Positions 25,938 through 33,927 of a stretch of DNA of 37,820 nt are shown here, piece by piece. Location of the stretch: IMG/VR virus record IMGVR_UViG_3300016263_000548, positions 1-37,820 of that record; one strand, given 5' to 3'. The DNA is from a virus (taxonomy: Duplodnaviria > Caudoviricetes). Each line of letters opens with the position of its first letter. Within the stretch, counting starts at the first letter, position 1. The position numbers and the translations under genes are program-made. Under the pieces are notes generated by a model, which saw only the letters and a list, made by a program, of their open reading frames with translations, did not search any database and had not been told where the DNA came from.

Positions 25938-26759
25938 ATGGCTCGCCACGCATTTCACGATTACGAATCCTTCCTCGAAGACGTCCGCAAGGTGCCGCAG
26001 GGTAAAGGCACGAGCAGCCGCACGGTCGGCCGCGCGGACTTCTCAGGAACCAACACGTTCGGCGAGGCTGTGTCTCTGGCTCAGACCGGCTGGGCCGAGG
26101 GGGCCGCTCGCGTCGCCGAGATTCGGGCGAGCCTCGATCGGTGCGTCGAGGCGTCGAAGACCGCAGCGTGCCAGCAGTTTGCCTGGGACGTCACCGGAGA
26201 CTTCGTCGACGTCGGCCGAGTCTTGTCGGGCGAGCCCGAGGCTTGCGGATCGTACAGCGAGTACGAGGTCGGCCGGGCTGGATCGCAGCGCGTCGTGCGG
26301 CTCTACGTGAATCTCGCCGTGAGTGCAGGCGTGAAGGCCGAGGCGATCTTCGCTCGTGGTGCCGTCGTCCTGGCGGCGGTCGACGTTCTGGAGAGCCTGG
26401 GCCTGCGTGTGGAACTGTGGGCCTGCAAGGGCACGTCGCGGCAGTCGGGGGCGGCTGTGCAGCATCAGGTCGAGGTGCTGGTCAAGGACGCGAACCAGCC
26501 GGTCGACGTTGACCGTCTGGCGTTCGTCCTCTGTCACAACGCCAGCCTGCGTCGGCTGTTCTGGTCGCACCAAGAGCGGTTTGGGTTCCTTCCGGGCAAC
26601 TGCTTCCCGGCTGCTCTGGAGGTCGACGAGGGCTGCGTCGCGACGAGCGAGGCTCGCCGCAGTGGCTCGCACACGCCCGAGGAACTCGCCGCCGAGGTCG
26701 CCAAACTCTGCGAGCAGTGTGGAGTCGTGATCCCTTGTACGGACACGGTGACGCCATGA
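25938..26759 (+). CDS. Degenerate vWA-like AAA partner protein, paralog 3
   Basis: SD AGGAGG then ATG 25938; WDVTGDFVDVGRVLSGEPEA, HNASLRRLFW. Confidence 0.65.
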   Translation: MARHAFHDYESFLEDVRKVPQGKGTSSRTVGRADFSGTNTFGEAVSLAQTGWAEGAARVAEIRASLDRCVEASKTAACQQFAWDVTGDFVDVGRVLSGEPEACGSYSEYEVGRAGSQRVVRLYVNLAVSAGVKAEAIFARGAVVLAAVDVLESLGLRVELWACKGTSRQSGAAVQHQVEVLVKDANQPVDVDRLAFVLCHNASLRRLFWSHQERFGFLPGNCFPAALEVDEGCVATSEARRSGSHTPEELAAEVAKLCEQCGVVIPCTDTVTP

Positions 26760-27085
26760 GAAACCAGAGACTTCGCGACGAGCAGCGAGCAGCGATCGAG
26801 TACTTCCAGCAGGAGACCCAACCAGTGAGCAGCCGACATTCCGACGCACTCGCGATCCAGCAAGGTGGTGCATGCAACCCTGTGGCGGTCACAAATAGAC
26901 TTCACAAGCATGTGCAGGCTCTATTTCGCGACGGAGTCGACCATCGGTCGATCCGCAGCGACGCAGCCCTGCGGCTGATCGTCCACCAACTCGCCCACCT
27001 GTTCAGCACGTCGAGCCTCGACGGGCCGGGAGGCGAGTACGAGCAGTGCATCGAAGAATGCCGCCAGAGGGGAGAGACCAAATGA
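26756..27085 (+). CDS. Hypothetical protein
   Basis: ATGA-coupled at both ends; GACNPVAV...LIVHQLAHL. Confidence 0.6.
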   Translation: MRNQRLRDEQRAAIEYFQQETQPVSSRHSDALAIQQGGACNPVAVTNRLHKHVQALFRDGVDHRSIRSDAALRLIVHQLAHLFSTSSLDGPGGEYEQCIEECRQRGETK

Positions 27086-27366
27086 AGACCATCGAACTGG
27101 GGCAGGTCGTCGCCACGGCTGGCGTCGACTCGTGGGTCAAGGACAGTCCCGAGGCGAGGATCGTCGGAATCGCACGGAGCCTCCAGCGACACGCCGCCGG
27201 GGACTGGGGCGACGTCTGCGACGAGGACAAGAAACTCAACGACGATGCCGCTGCCAGCGGCGAGGCTCGCCTCTTGTCGGCGTACGCAGTCGACGGCGCG
27301 AAGGTGTGGGTCATCACCGAGTGGGACAGGAGCGTCACGACGGTCTTGTTTCCAGAGGAATACTGA
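27082..27366 (+). CDS. Conserved plasmid/ICE/phage small protein (RH..GDWG family)
   Basis: LGQVVAT.GV...RH..GDWGD...D...N...RLLSAY...WVITEWDRSVTTVLFPEEY signature. Confidence 0.8.
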   Translation: MKTIELGQVVATAGVDSWVKDSPEARIVGIARSLQRHAAGDWGDVCDEDKKLNDDAAASGEARLLSAYAVDGAKVWVITEWDRSVTTVLFPEEY

Positions 27367-27369
27367 GCG

Positions 27370-27504
27370 ATGAAACAAAACCTGGACAAACTCCTGTACT
27401 CTCTCCTGCTCGTGCGAGCAGGGCAGGAACTCGGAACGGACTCAAGACTTGCAAGACTCGTGCGAGACTTGATCGACACGCTGGTCAGCACGCTGGGAGG
27501 GTAA
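27370..27504 (+). CDS. Hypothetical 44-aa protein
   Basis: MKQNLDKLLYSLLLVRAGQELG...; below the ORF-track cutoff, fills the gap between neighbours. Confidence 0.45.
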   Translation: MKQNLDKLLYSLLLVRAGQELGTDSRLARLVRDLIDTLVSTLGG

Positions 27505-27508
27505 GACA

Positions 27509-28204
27509 GTGACCATCAACGCAAAGCGGCTCTATCACGGCACGACGAGCAGACACCTGACTCGCATCATGTCCTACGGCATCAAGCCGCGAGGCACGCG
27601 ACGCAAGGGAAACTGGGAGACGTTCCCGAGCCGCCCGGACTTCGTGTACCTGACTACGGCGTACGCGCCATACTTCGCCTGGAACGCCGCCGACACGAGT
27701 CGCGACGAGAAGGCTCTGATCGTCGAGGTCGACGCGAGCCTGCTCGACGAGAGTAGGCTGTTTCCAGACGAGGACTTCGTCGCCCAGGCGATCTCGCAGA
27801 CTGAGAAGCGGCCCTTGAGTGAAGTTCACCCAAAGGTCCGCGACACGCTCCTGTACTACGGAGACTTGACCCAGGCGAGCATCGACCATCTCGGCAACGT
27901 CGCCCATCGCGGCACCGTGCAACCCGAGGCAATCACTCGCCATGCGATCATAGACTTGAAGAAGCAGCGAGACTTGGCCTGGGCCTGCATGGACCCATCT
28001 ATCTCGTGCATTAACTACAAAATCTGCGGCAGCAAGTATCGCTCGATCATCGCCTGGATATTCGGCGACCGGCCAGACTTCGAGGTCGGCCACGGAGTTC
28101 CCAACGAGCAGTACTTGCCGATGATCGAGAAGTTGCAGCCAGGGTACACGGAGCAAGTCAGTCGCGTGTTCGAGAATCGGGATGGGATCGAAGTCAGCGG
28201 CTGA
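27509..28204 (+). CDS. ADP-ribosyltransferase-fold protein (Tpt1/KptA NAD-binding-domain-like)
   Basis: SD GGAGG; RLYHGT...I...GI.P...VYLT...A..FA...IVEVD pattern. Confidence 0.55.
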   Translation: MTINAKRLYHGTTSRHLTRIMSYGIKPRGTRRKGNWETFPSRPDFVYLTTAYAPYFAWNAADTSRDEKALIVEVDASLLDESRLFPDEDFVAQAISQTEKRPLSEVHPKVRDTLLYYGDLTQASIDHLGNVAHRGTVQPEAITRHAIIDLKKQRDLAWACMDPSISCINYKICGSKYRSIIAWIFGDRPDFEVGHGVPNEQYLPMIEKLQPGYTEQVSRVFENRDGIEVSG

Positions 28205-28212
28205 AAATCAAA

Positions 28213-28241
28213 TTGACCAATACTCACGACATGCGTAGGTT
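28213..28241 (+). promoter_or_regulatory. Sigma70-like promoter, probably leaderless
   Basis: TTGACC-N17-TAGGTT with an A-rich upstream region; ATG 6 nt after the -10; no SD. Confidence 0.5.
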
Positions 28242-28247
28242 ACTTCT

Positions 28248-28682
28248 ATGGACACGGAATCCGTAGTGTTCGACAAAACGAAGCACGAGATCGGCACCAG
28301 CCGCGTGACGCTGGTCTTCAACCGGACGTTCGGCCAGTCGGCCTATCCGCAGAGGACGATGATCACGCCAGAGGGCTCGCTCTCGCACTTCCGCAGTCTC
28401 GACGCGATCGATCCGCTCGTGGCTCGCCTGTTCGGCATCGTGTTTCACGACTTCGACCGGCCGGTCACGAAGGAGAATCTCGACGAGTGTGAAGTCGGGT
28501 GCCAGCACGTCGCTGGCCTGCTCGACCTCTCGCTGCGACTGATGCTCAAGGGAGAGAAGTTCGGCTGGAAGTTTCCCGAGACGGGCCTGCACCCGAGGCA
28601 CCAGGGGAATCTGGCCGACGTCGTCATTCTGCTGTCTGACCAAGCACGCCTGCTGCAACTTGCCAAGGAGACCAAATCGTGA
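28248..28682 (+). CDS. Hypothetical protein
   Basis: 144-aa ORF; stop coupled to the next gene. Confidence 0.6.
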   Translation: MDTESVVFDKTKHEIGTSRVTLVFNRTFGQSAYPQRTMITPEGSLSHFRSLDAIDPLVARLFGIVFHDFDRPVTKENLDECEVGCQHVAGLLDLSLRLMLKGEKFGWKFPETGLHPRHQGNLADVVILLSDQARLLQLAKETKS

Positions 28683-29044
28683 CCACGAAGAATCGGATCG
28701 TCGCCGAGTTCGAGTCGCACGGCCTGAAGTGCGTGATCGCCTGGGGCGGGCCGCTGCTCGAAAATTACAACGGCTACGTGCAGGCTCCCGAGGGAGTGAA
28801 GTTCGTCGAGCATGACCTCGCCGTTCACGGCGGCGTGACATGGTCCGACTGGCGACTGCCGTGGGAAGAGGAAGACGGCGACCGCTGGTGGCTGGGCTTC
28901 GATACGGCTCACGCCGGTGACGTCGTGCCAGGGCTCGCCAAACTTGGCATCGGTCAGCCTGGAGTTTTCCGAGACGAAGACTACGTTCGGAACGAGTGCG
29001 TCTCGCTGGCATCGCAACTCGCAGTGAAAGGACAGCCGTCGTGA
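28679..29044 (+). CDS. Conserved phage hypothetical protein
   Basis: NGYV...VHGGVTW...WWLGFDTAHAGD...YVRNECVSLASQL signature; SD AAGGAG. Confidence 0.75.
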   Translation: MTTKNRIVAEFESHGLKCVIAWGGPLLENYNGYVQAPEGVKFVEHDLAVHGGVTWSDWRLPWEEEDGDRWWLGFDTAHAGDVVPGLAKLGIGQPGVFRDEDYVRNECVSLASQLAVKGQPS

Positions 29045-29451
29045 CCAAGAAGAAGAAGTCAGTCGCCGACACGATCAACGAGAGCCTCAAGTACGTGCGG
29101 GAGTTCGCCCCCGGTCTCGTCGTGGCCCGCGCGAGTCTCCTCCCGTTTAATGACACGATCATGGAGGAGCGTGCTGGGCCGCAGCCCGACTCCGGAGACT
29201 ACGACCCCGACGAGGAGCCGTTCTTCGCGATCGTCGTGCAAGACCCCGTCTACGAGCGATGCACGATCGAGGCCCATGTCACCGCCAAGTCGGTGGTGAT
29301 CCGGACCATGGTCGAGCAGCCCGACGACGGGCGGATCGAGATCGAGGACATCTACACCACGACCCTGGCAGGACTGTGGGAGTTCCTGCGGCAACTGCCT
29401 CGACCGCCGTCGAGTTTCTTCGGCGGCACCCACGAGCCCATCACGGAGTGA
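29041..29451 (+). CDS. Hypothetical protein
   Basis: GTGA coupling, SD AAGGA. Confidence 0.55.
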   Translation: MTKKKKSVADTINESLKYVREFAPGLVVARASLLPFNDTIMEERAGPQPDSGDYDPDEEPFFAIVVQDPVYERCTIEAHVTAKSVVIRTMVEQPDDGRIEIEDIYTTTLAGLWEFLRQLPRPPSSFFGGTHEPITE

Positions 29452-29456
29452 CTGCG

Positions 29457-29870
29457 ATGAAGAAGAGCAAACTGTTCACGGAGAACGAGGCAGTGAGCCT
29501 GCGGTGCGTCGTCGACGTGCTGGAAAAAAACGGCAGCATCCCCAGGGCGTTCGAGCCTCACGTTCGCGAGGCGAGGGCGAAACTCAACTCCGACGATCCG
29601 GACCTCACGGCATCGGACGCCGCTGGCCTGTGCGCTGCGACGTGCGAGTACCTCAAGACCGTGCCAATCGAGTCCCTGCCTCGCGAAGTCCAGATCGTCT
29701 TCAAGTCAGCGTACCGAAAACTGATCAGCGTCCAGCGGGACAGGCCGGTCTTCGTCGGCAAAGAAGACGGCTGGCACATCTGCGTGAACGGCTCGACCAC
29801 GGGCGAGCCGTTCGAGAGTGAAGAGCGAGCCCGTTTTTTCTGGAGCATCCGCCCATGGCCCTTGAACTGA
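29457..29870 (+). CDS. Hypothetical protein
   Basis: GGAG then ATG 29457. Confidence 0.55.
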   Translation: MKKSKLFTENEAVSLRCVVDVLEKNGSIPRAFEPHVREARAKLNSDDPDLTASDAAGLCAATCEYLKTVPIESLPREVQIVFKSAYRKLISVQRDRPVFVGKEDGWHICVNGSTTGEPFESEERARFFWSIRPWPLN

Positions 29871-29928
29871 GCGAGTACTTCCGCGACGGCAGAGGACATG
29901 GCGAAGCGTTCGAGAAGGAGAGAGCAAC

Positions 29929-30348
29929 GTGAGCGACGAGCAGTTCTACAAGACGATTGTGCTGCGTGGCGCATGGGAGAAGGCTGGCCTGCGAGAGAGT
30001 CTCCCTCCGCCAGACGTCATCGACTCGCAAGTCTGCTACATGCGAGACATCGCATTCGCCAGGAAAGTCCTGGCTCTGCTGAAAGAACACGCGGGCGATC
30101 TGGAGGTCGACCGCTCAATTGGGACGATCGAGAGGTCTCTTGCACTACGAGGAGAAAAGAACCATGACCGAGAAAGTACTGGCAACACCACCGGGCAATC
30201 GGCAACTCGTAATGACTCGCGAGGCGGCGAAAGTACTCGGCTGCTCGATGAGCAACATGAGGTGGCTTGCGAATACGGGGCGGCTGACGACGTGGAGACT
30301 CGGACCACGGTCGACGGCGTTCGATCTGGAGGAGGTCAAGGCGTATAA
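29929..30348 (+). CDS. Hypothetical protein (C-terminus overlaps the next gene)
   Basis: SD AAGGAG then GTG; the last ~60 codons overlap the HTH gene. Confidence 0.45.
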   Translation: MSDEQFYKTIVLRGAWEKAGLRESLPPPDVIDSQVCYMRDIAFARKVLALLKEHAGDLEVDRSIGTIERSLALRGEKNHDRESTGNTTGQSATRNDSRGGESTRLLDEQHEVACEYGAADDVETRTTVDGVRSGGGQGV

Positions 30349-30457
30349 AAAGGCCCAGGCAGCGGCGAGAGCCCAGGCGGCGAAAGAGGGCCGACGAGGC
30401 ATGGGTCAACTGCCCCAGGGGTTCAAGCCAGACAAGGCCGGGAAAAGCCGGTCCTGA
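30164..30457 (+). CDS. Excisionase-like HTH_17 DNA-binding protein
   Basis: SD AGGAG; MTREAAKVLGCSMSNMRWLANTGRL...FDLEEV. Confidence 0.75.
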   Translation: MTEKVLATPPGNRQLVMTREAAKVLGCSMSNMRWLANTGRLTTWRLGPRSTAFDLEEVKAYKKAQAAARAQAAKEGRRGMGQLPQGFKPDKAGKSRS

Positions 30458-30493
30458 AAACCCCTGTTTTTCGGCCAAAAACAGGGGTTTTTT
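30457..30493 (+). terminator. Intrinsic terminator, potentially bidirectional (cassette copy 2)
   Basis: Perfect 15-bp stem AAAACCCCTGTTTTT/AAAAACAGGGGTTTT followed by further T's. Confidence 0.8.
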
Positions 30494-30565
30494 GAGTTGT
30501 GTCATAAATCGAAAAATCCGCTTGACTTTACTCCTGGCATCCCCGATACTTGTCGTAGACGAGTG
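30458..30565 (+). repeat. Terminator+promoter cassette, copy 2
   Basis: Direct repeat of 22642-22750 with scattered substitutions. Confidence 0.9.
30522..30550 (+). promoter_or_regulatory. Sigma70-like early promoter
   Basis: TTGACT-N17-GATACT, homologous to 22706-22734. Confidence 0.7.
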
Positions 30566-30594
30566 AATGACACCTGAGACCAAAGGAGCGAGAC

Positions 30595-31032
30595 ATGATT
30601 CTTGGACACGGCAAGCCACTGATCAACGAGTTCAGTCCGGCGGTCACGGCCCGGAAGATCAAGAAGGGCTCGAAGACGTTCGTCGAGGTTCGTGGCCTGG
30701 GAGCCAGCCGCGACGGCGTCGTGCTGCTGGGAGGCAAGCGAGCGGAGCGGGCCAAGGCCGTCGTGGTCTGCGAGCAAGCGGCCTACGCTGCGGACGATCC
30801 GATCAGGGCGAAGGCGATCGGCTGGGGAGGCGAGAGGCCCGACTACGGTTATCACGCTCTCCACGCCGTGGGGCTCCGGGCCGACGCCGAGGCGGCTCGT
30901 CGCGAAGCCTACCGTCTCCTGCATCCGAATACGGGTCTGAGCCGCCGGGACCGTTGGGGGCACAGGTACGACAACTCGTGGAAGCGACCGGCGGCGTACG
31001 CTGCCGCGATCGAGATCGTCGACGAGACTTGA
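30595..31032 (+). CDS. Hypothetical protein
   Basis: SD AAGGAG; first gene after cassette copy 2. Confidence 0.65.
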   Translation: MILGHGKPLINEFSPAVTARKIKKGSKTFVEVRGLGASRDGVVLLGGKRAERAKAVVVCEQAAYAADDPIRAKAIGWGGERPDYGYHALHAVGLRADAEAARREAYRLLHPNTGLSRRDRWGHRYDNSWKRPAAYAAAIEIVDET

Positions 31033-31074
31033 AGAGACTTGTCTGGACACCATCACACCCAAGGAGACATCCCA

Positions 31075-31707
31075 GTGAAGACCAAGCGACCAAAGATCGA
31101 GATCGGCGCGACGTTCCCGCACTTCTGGCGAGATCGCTACGTGAATGCGGAGGTTGTGTCTCGCCGCAAAGACGGCAGACGCTGGCTCTGGAAGATTCGG
31201 CTCACAGAGAGCCAGCAGCCGATTCGTCGAGCCGAGTCAGAGACGATCGTCGAGTTCGAGAAGACTACCAAGTCTCTCGCCGACGAACTGGCGTTCATCG
31301 ACAGCCTGCCGTGCTACGGCCCGTCGTACAAATTAGAGAATACTTGCGTCGTGCAGTGGATCGACTTCGGCGGCGGCGGACTGTGGTGCGAGATTCGCGA
31401 GCCGCACAAGTGCGGAGGCTCGCGAAACACGCACTGGGCTCGCAGCGAGTACGGCACCGTCGATAGACTGCTCGCGAGCGGAGACGCACGCGATCCGCTG
31501 GCCGATCGCGTAATCGCGGCGCGGTGCCGGGCATTCAGCGGTGAGGGCATTCGGTGGTATCGGATCGCCGTCTCCAGCGACGGAACCGTACGGGTGTGGG
31601 ACGCAGCGTCGAAGCACTACACGACATGCCATGCCCTCTCGGCTGCGGCGCAGGCTCGGCTGCGGCGGCAAGCCCGCGACATCGAGCATCTGACGTCACA
31701 GACTTGA
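31075..31707 (+). CDS. Hypothetical protein
   Basis: SD AAGGAG then GTG 31075; C-terminal DGTVRVWD....HYTTCHALS motif. Confidence 0.65.
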   Translation: MKTKRPKIEIGATFPHFWRDRYVNAEVVSRRKDGRRWLWKIRLTESQQPIRRAESETIVEFEKTTKSLADELAFIDSLPCYGPSYKLENTCVVQWIDFGGGGLWCEIREPHKCGGSRNTHWARSEYGTVDRLLASGDARDPLADRVIAARCRAFSGEGIRWYRIAVSSDGTVRVWDAASKHYTTCHALSAAAQARLRRQARDIEHLTSQT

Positions 31708-31724
31708 AAGAAAGGAGACCACCC

Positions 31725-32039
31725 GTGAGCGACTACTACTGGCTCGATGGCTCTGCATACTGCCCCGACTGCGTCGAGTGCAGCACGCCTGCGATCGACG
31801 CAAGCGATCCTGACGTTCGGCGAGGCTCTGCCGTTCGCTGCTCGTGCTGCGGCCGCGAAGACGGCGAGCGGCAGTACCGAGTCGCCCTGGCAGACAGCAA
31901 CGGCGACTGGGAAGTGCTGGAGTACTTCGCGGCAGACGACGACGAAGCGGCGAACGCATACGCCGAGAAGTGGTATCAGAGCCAAGAGTGGTACATCATC
32001 GACCGCAACGGGCGGAATATCAATGGAGGAAACCAATGA
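31725..32039 (+). CDS. Hypothetical protein with CxxC motifs
   Basis: SD AAGGAG then GTG; YCPDC...RCSCCG. Confidence 0.6.
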   Translation: MSDYYWLDGSAYCPDCVECSTPAIDASDPDVRRGSAVRCSCCGREDGERQYRVALADSNGDWEVLEYFAADDDEAANAYAEKWYQSQEWYIIDRNGRNINGGNQ

Positions 32040-32365
32040 AGACCAAGCACATCCGCCGCTGGAGGCTTCCGGAAAACTACGCGGGGCCTGAGTGGCCTGA
32101 GTATTTTGTCTCAGCAGGGCGGCACCGAGACTCAGAACCGCTCGACGAGTCCAACTTCTTCGTGACGCTACGGAGACTTGGAGGCGAGTCTAAGACTGTC
32201 AAGATAGTTCGAGAATGGCACTGGGCCGTCGGCTGGGTCGAGTGGATCGCGGTGCATGAGTCAGACAAGAGAGCCCTCCGCATCGCTGACCAGTGCGAGG
32301 CCGACATCGACGACCATCTCGTCCTTGACTACGAGGACTTTGACGAACGATCAAACGAGCATTGA
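32036..32365 (+). CDS. Conserved phage hypothetical protein
   Basis: SD GGAGG; RDS..LDESNF...HWAVGWVEWI.V...VLD.ED. Confidence 0.65.
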   Translation: MKTKHIRRWRLPENYAGPEWPEYFVSAGRHRDSEPLDESNFFVTLRRLGGESKTVKIVREWHWAVGWVEWIAVHESDKRALRIADQCEADIDDHLVLDYEDFDERSNEH

Positions 32366-32421
32366 CAGTTGTTGTACGGACACGCTATCACTCGCACCAA
32401 ATAACCGCAGGAGAGAAACCC

Positions 32422-32700
32422 ATGAACGGATTTCAGGCAGGCGACGAGGTCATCGTCGCGGGAGTGTATTTCGACTTTTCCGGCTCGCAGCCGTACCTGA
32501 GCAGGGCAACGGTCCTGCTTCCCGACGAGAACGTCGTGCGGTTCTCGTACGGCCCAACTCGCGAACTGTGTTCGGCTGAGTCGGCGCACCGGACGCAAGA
32601 AGAGGCAGTGGCGGCTATCGAGAGCCGGATTCGTCAGCACGCAGAGAAACTTGTGCAGCAAGTCAGAGACATCAAGACTCGCACGACCACAACCCTGTGA
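32422..32700 (+). CDS. Hypothetical protein
   Basis: SD AGGAG then ATG 32422. Confidence 0.6.
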   Translation: MNGFQAGDEVIVAGVYFDFSGSQPYLSRATVLLPDENVVRFSYGPTRELCSAESAHRTQEEAVAAIESRIRQHAEKLVQQVRDIKTRTTTTL

Positions 32701-32714
32701 AGAAAGCAAGAGAC

Positions 32715-32999
32715 ATGAACACGCCAGAAACCATCACGCTCTCGCTCACGCCAGAGCATGCAGAAATCATCGGCACGGCCCTTGGGCAGTACGTACTCAA
32801 GACTCGCAAACTTGCGGCCAACGCAAAAGCGAGCGTCGAGCGATGCGACGAGTGCGGCAAATACAGCGGCTTCGCGTACACACGGCAGAAGATGCACGAA
32901 CGAAACGAGAGACTTGCCAGCGAGGCTTGGAAGATTCTGTCATACGCCAAATATCCCATTGACGGAATTGCTGGCGGCTGCAATAGTTCGCACGGTTGA
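32715..32999 (+). CDS. Hypothetical protein
   Basis: ATG 32715 (or GTG 32697); CxxC motif. Confidence 0.5.
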   Translation: MNTPETITLSLTPEHAEIIGTALGQYVLKTRKLAANAKASVERCDECGKYSGFAYTRQKMHERNERLASEAWKILSYAKYPIDGIAGGCNSSHG

Positions 33000-33019
33000 G
33001 TTGTATGGATACGCACGCC

Positions 33020-33439
33020 ATGAAACTTCCTGTTGAGTGCAAGCATTTCGTCTCTGCGTCGGCAGGCTCTGCATGCTGGGAATGGCTTGGCGGAACTTCA
33101 AAAAACAAAAACCACAGAAGGCCTTATTTCAGAAACAAGCCAGCGTACAGGTACATATACGAAAAACTCGTTAAGCCTCTCCGCAGAACTGAGTACCTGT
33201 GCCACAAGTGCGACAACCCAATGTGCGTCAATCCGAATCATCTTTTTGTTGGCACGCAAAAAGACAACATGGCTGACGCAAAAAAGAAAGGCAGGCCAAT
33301 AGGACGACCAAGAAAAAAACATCGAAGCATCAAAGCCATGCTTCGCATGAAGAGTCAGGGCTGCACCAATCACAAAATCGCAGCAGTTCTCGGGATACAT
33401 CACTCAACCGTGCGTTGGCACCTTTCAAAGGAGACATAG
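33020..33439 (+). CDS. HNH (His-Cys/HNH_3-type) homing endonuclease-like protein with C-terminal HTH
   Basis: CWEW.G...LCHKCDNPMCVNPNHLFVGTQKDNMAD; visibly more A-rich than flanking genes. Confidence 0.85.
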   Translation: MKLPVECKHFVSASAGSACWEWLGGTSKNKNHRRPYFRNKPAYRYIYEKLVKPLRRTEYLCHKCDNPMCVNPNHLFVGTQKDNMADAKKKGRPIGRPRKKHRSIKAMLRMKSQGCTNHKIAAVLGIHHSTVRWHLSKET

Positions 33440-33441
33440 TC

Positions 33442-33909
33442 ATCCAAACCTTTCTTCCACTACCATCGTTCCGCGAATCGGCTCGCGTCCTCGACAATCG
33501 TCGCCTGGGGAAGCAGCGAGTCGAGGCCAAGCAGATTTTGATCGCTCTCGGTGTTCCCGTCGGGCAGCACGAGGGCAATCCGGCCAGCCGCTGGAAGAAC
33601 CACCCCGCCGTCAAGGCGTGGTACGGCTTCGAGCGAGCCCTTGCTCACTACGCGATCGCCGTGTGCGACGAGTGGCGTGCCCGTGGTTTTACGGACACGC
33701 TAACGCAGCAGTTCATCGACGCCAGCGAGTGGATTCGGCTCACGTACAGCGACATCGCACCGAGCAGCGTCTCTGGCCTGCCTGACTGGCTGGGGCTGCC
33801 AGAGTTCCACGCAAGTCATCGCAGCAACCTTCTCAGGAAGTTTCCGGAGCATTACTCGCGGTTCGGGTGGTCCGAGCCGTCTGATCTTCCGTACGTGTGG
33901 CCTGCCTGA
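33442..33909 (+). CDS. Pyrimidine-dimer DNA glycosylase/endonuclease V-like protein (MSMEG_6728-type), apparent ATC start
   Basis: (I/M)QTFLP...SARVLDNRRLGKQRVEAKQIL...HPAVK.W.G...HASHRSNLLRK.PEHY...LPYVWP. Confidence 0.8.
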   Translation: MQTFLPLPSFRESARVLDNRRLGKQRVEAKQILIALGVPVGQHEGNPASRWKNHPAVKAWYGFERALAHYAIAVCDEWRARGFTDTLTQQFIDASEWIRLTYSDIAPSSVSGLPDWLGLPEFHASHRSNLLRKFPEHYSRFGWSEPSDLPYVWPA

Positions 33910-33927
33910 GCCCCAAGAAAGGAATCT

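Noticed and set aside
24174-26759. Diversity-generating retroelement behind the repeated blocks
   Set aside because: No reverse transcriptase in the window, and the differences are not adenine-specific; paralogy explains them.
32362-32392. Promoter TTGACA...TATCAC as a firm feature
   Set aside because: The -35 is perfect, but the -10 lacks the final T and needs an 18-bp spacer; noted only as context for the 12-bp motif.
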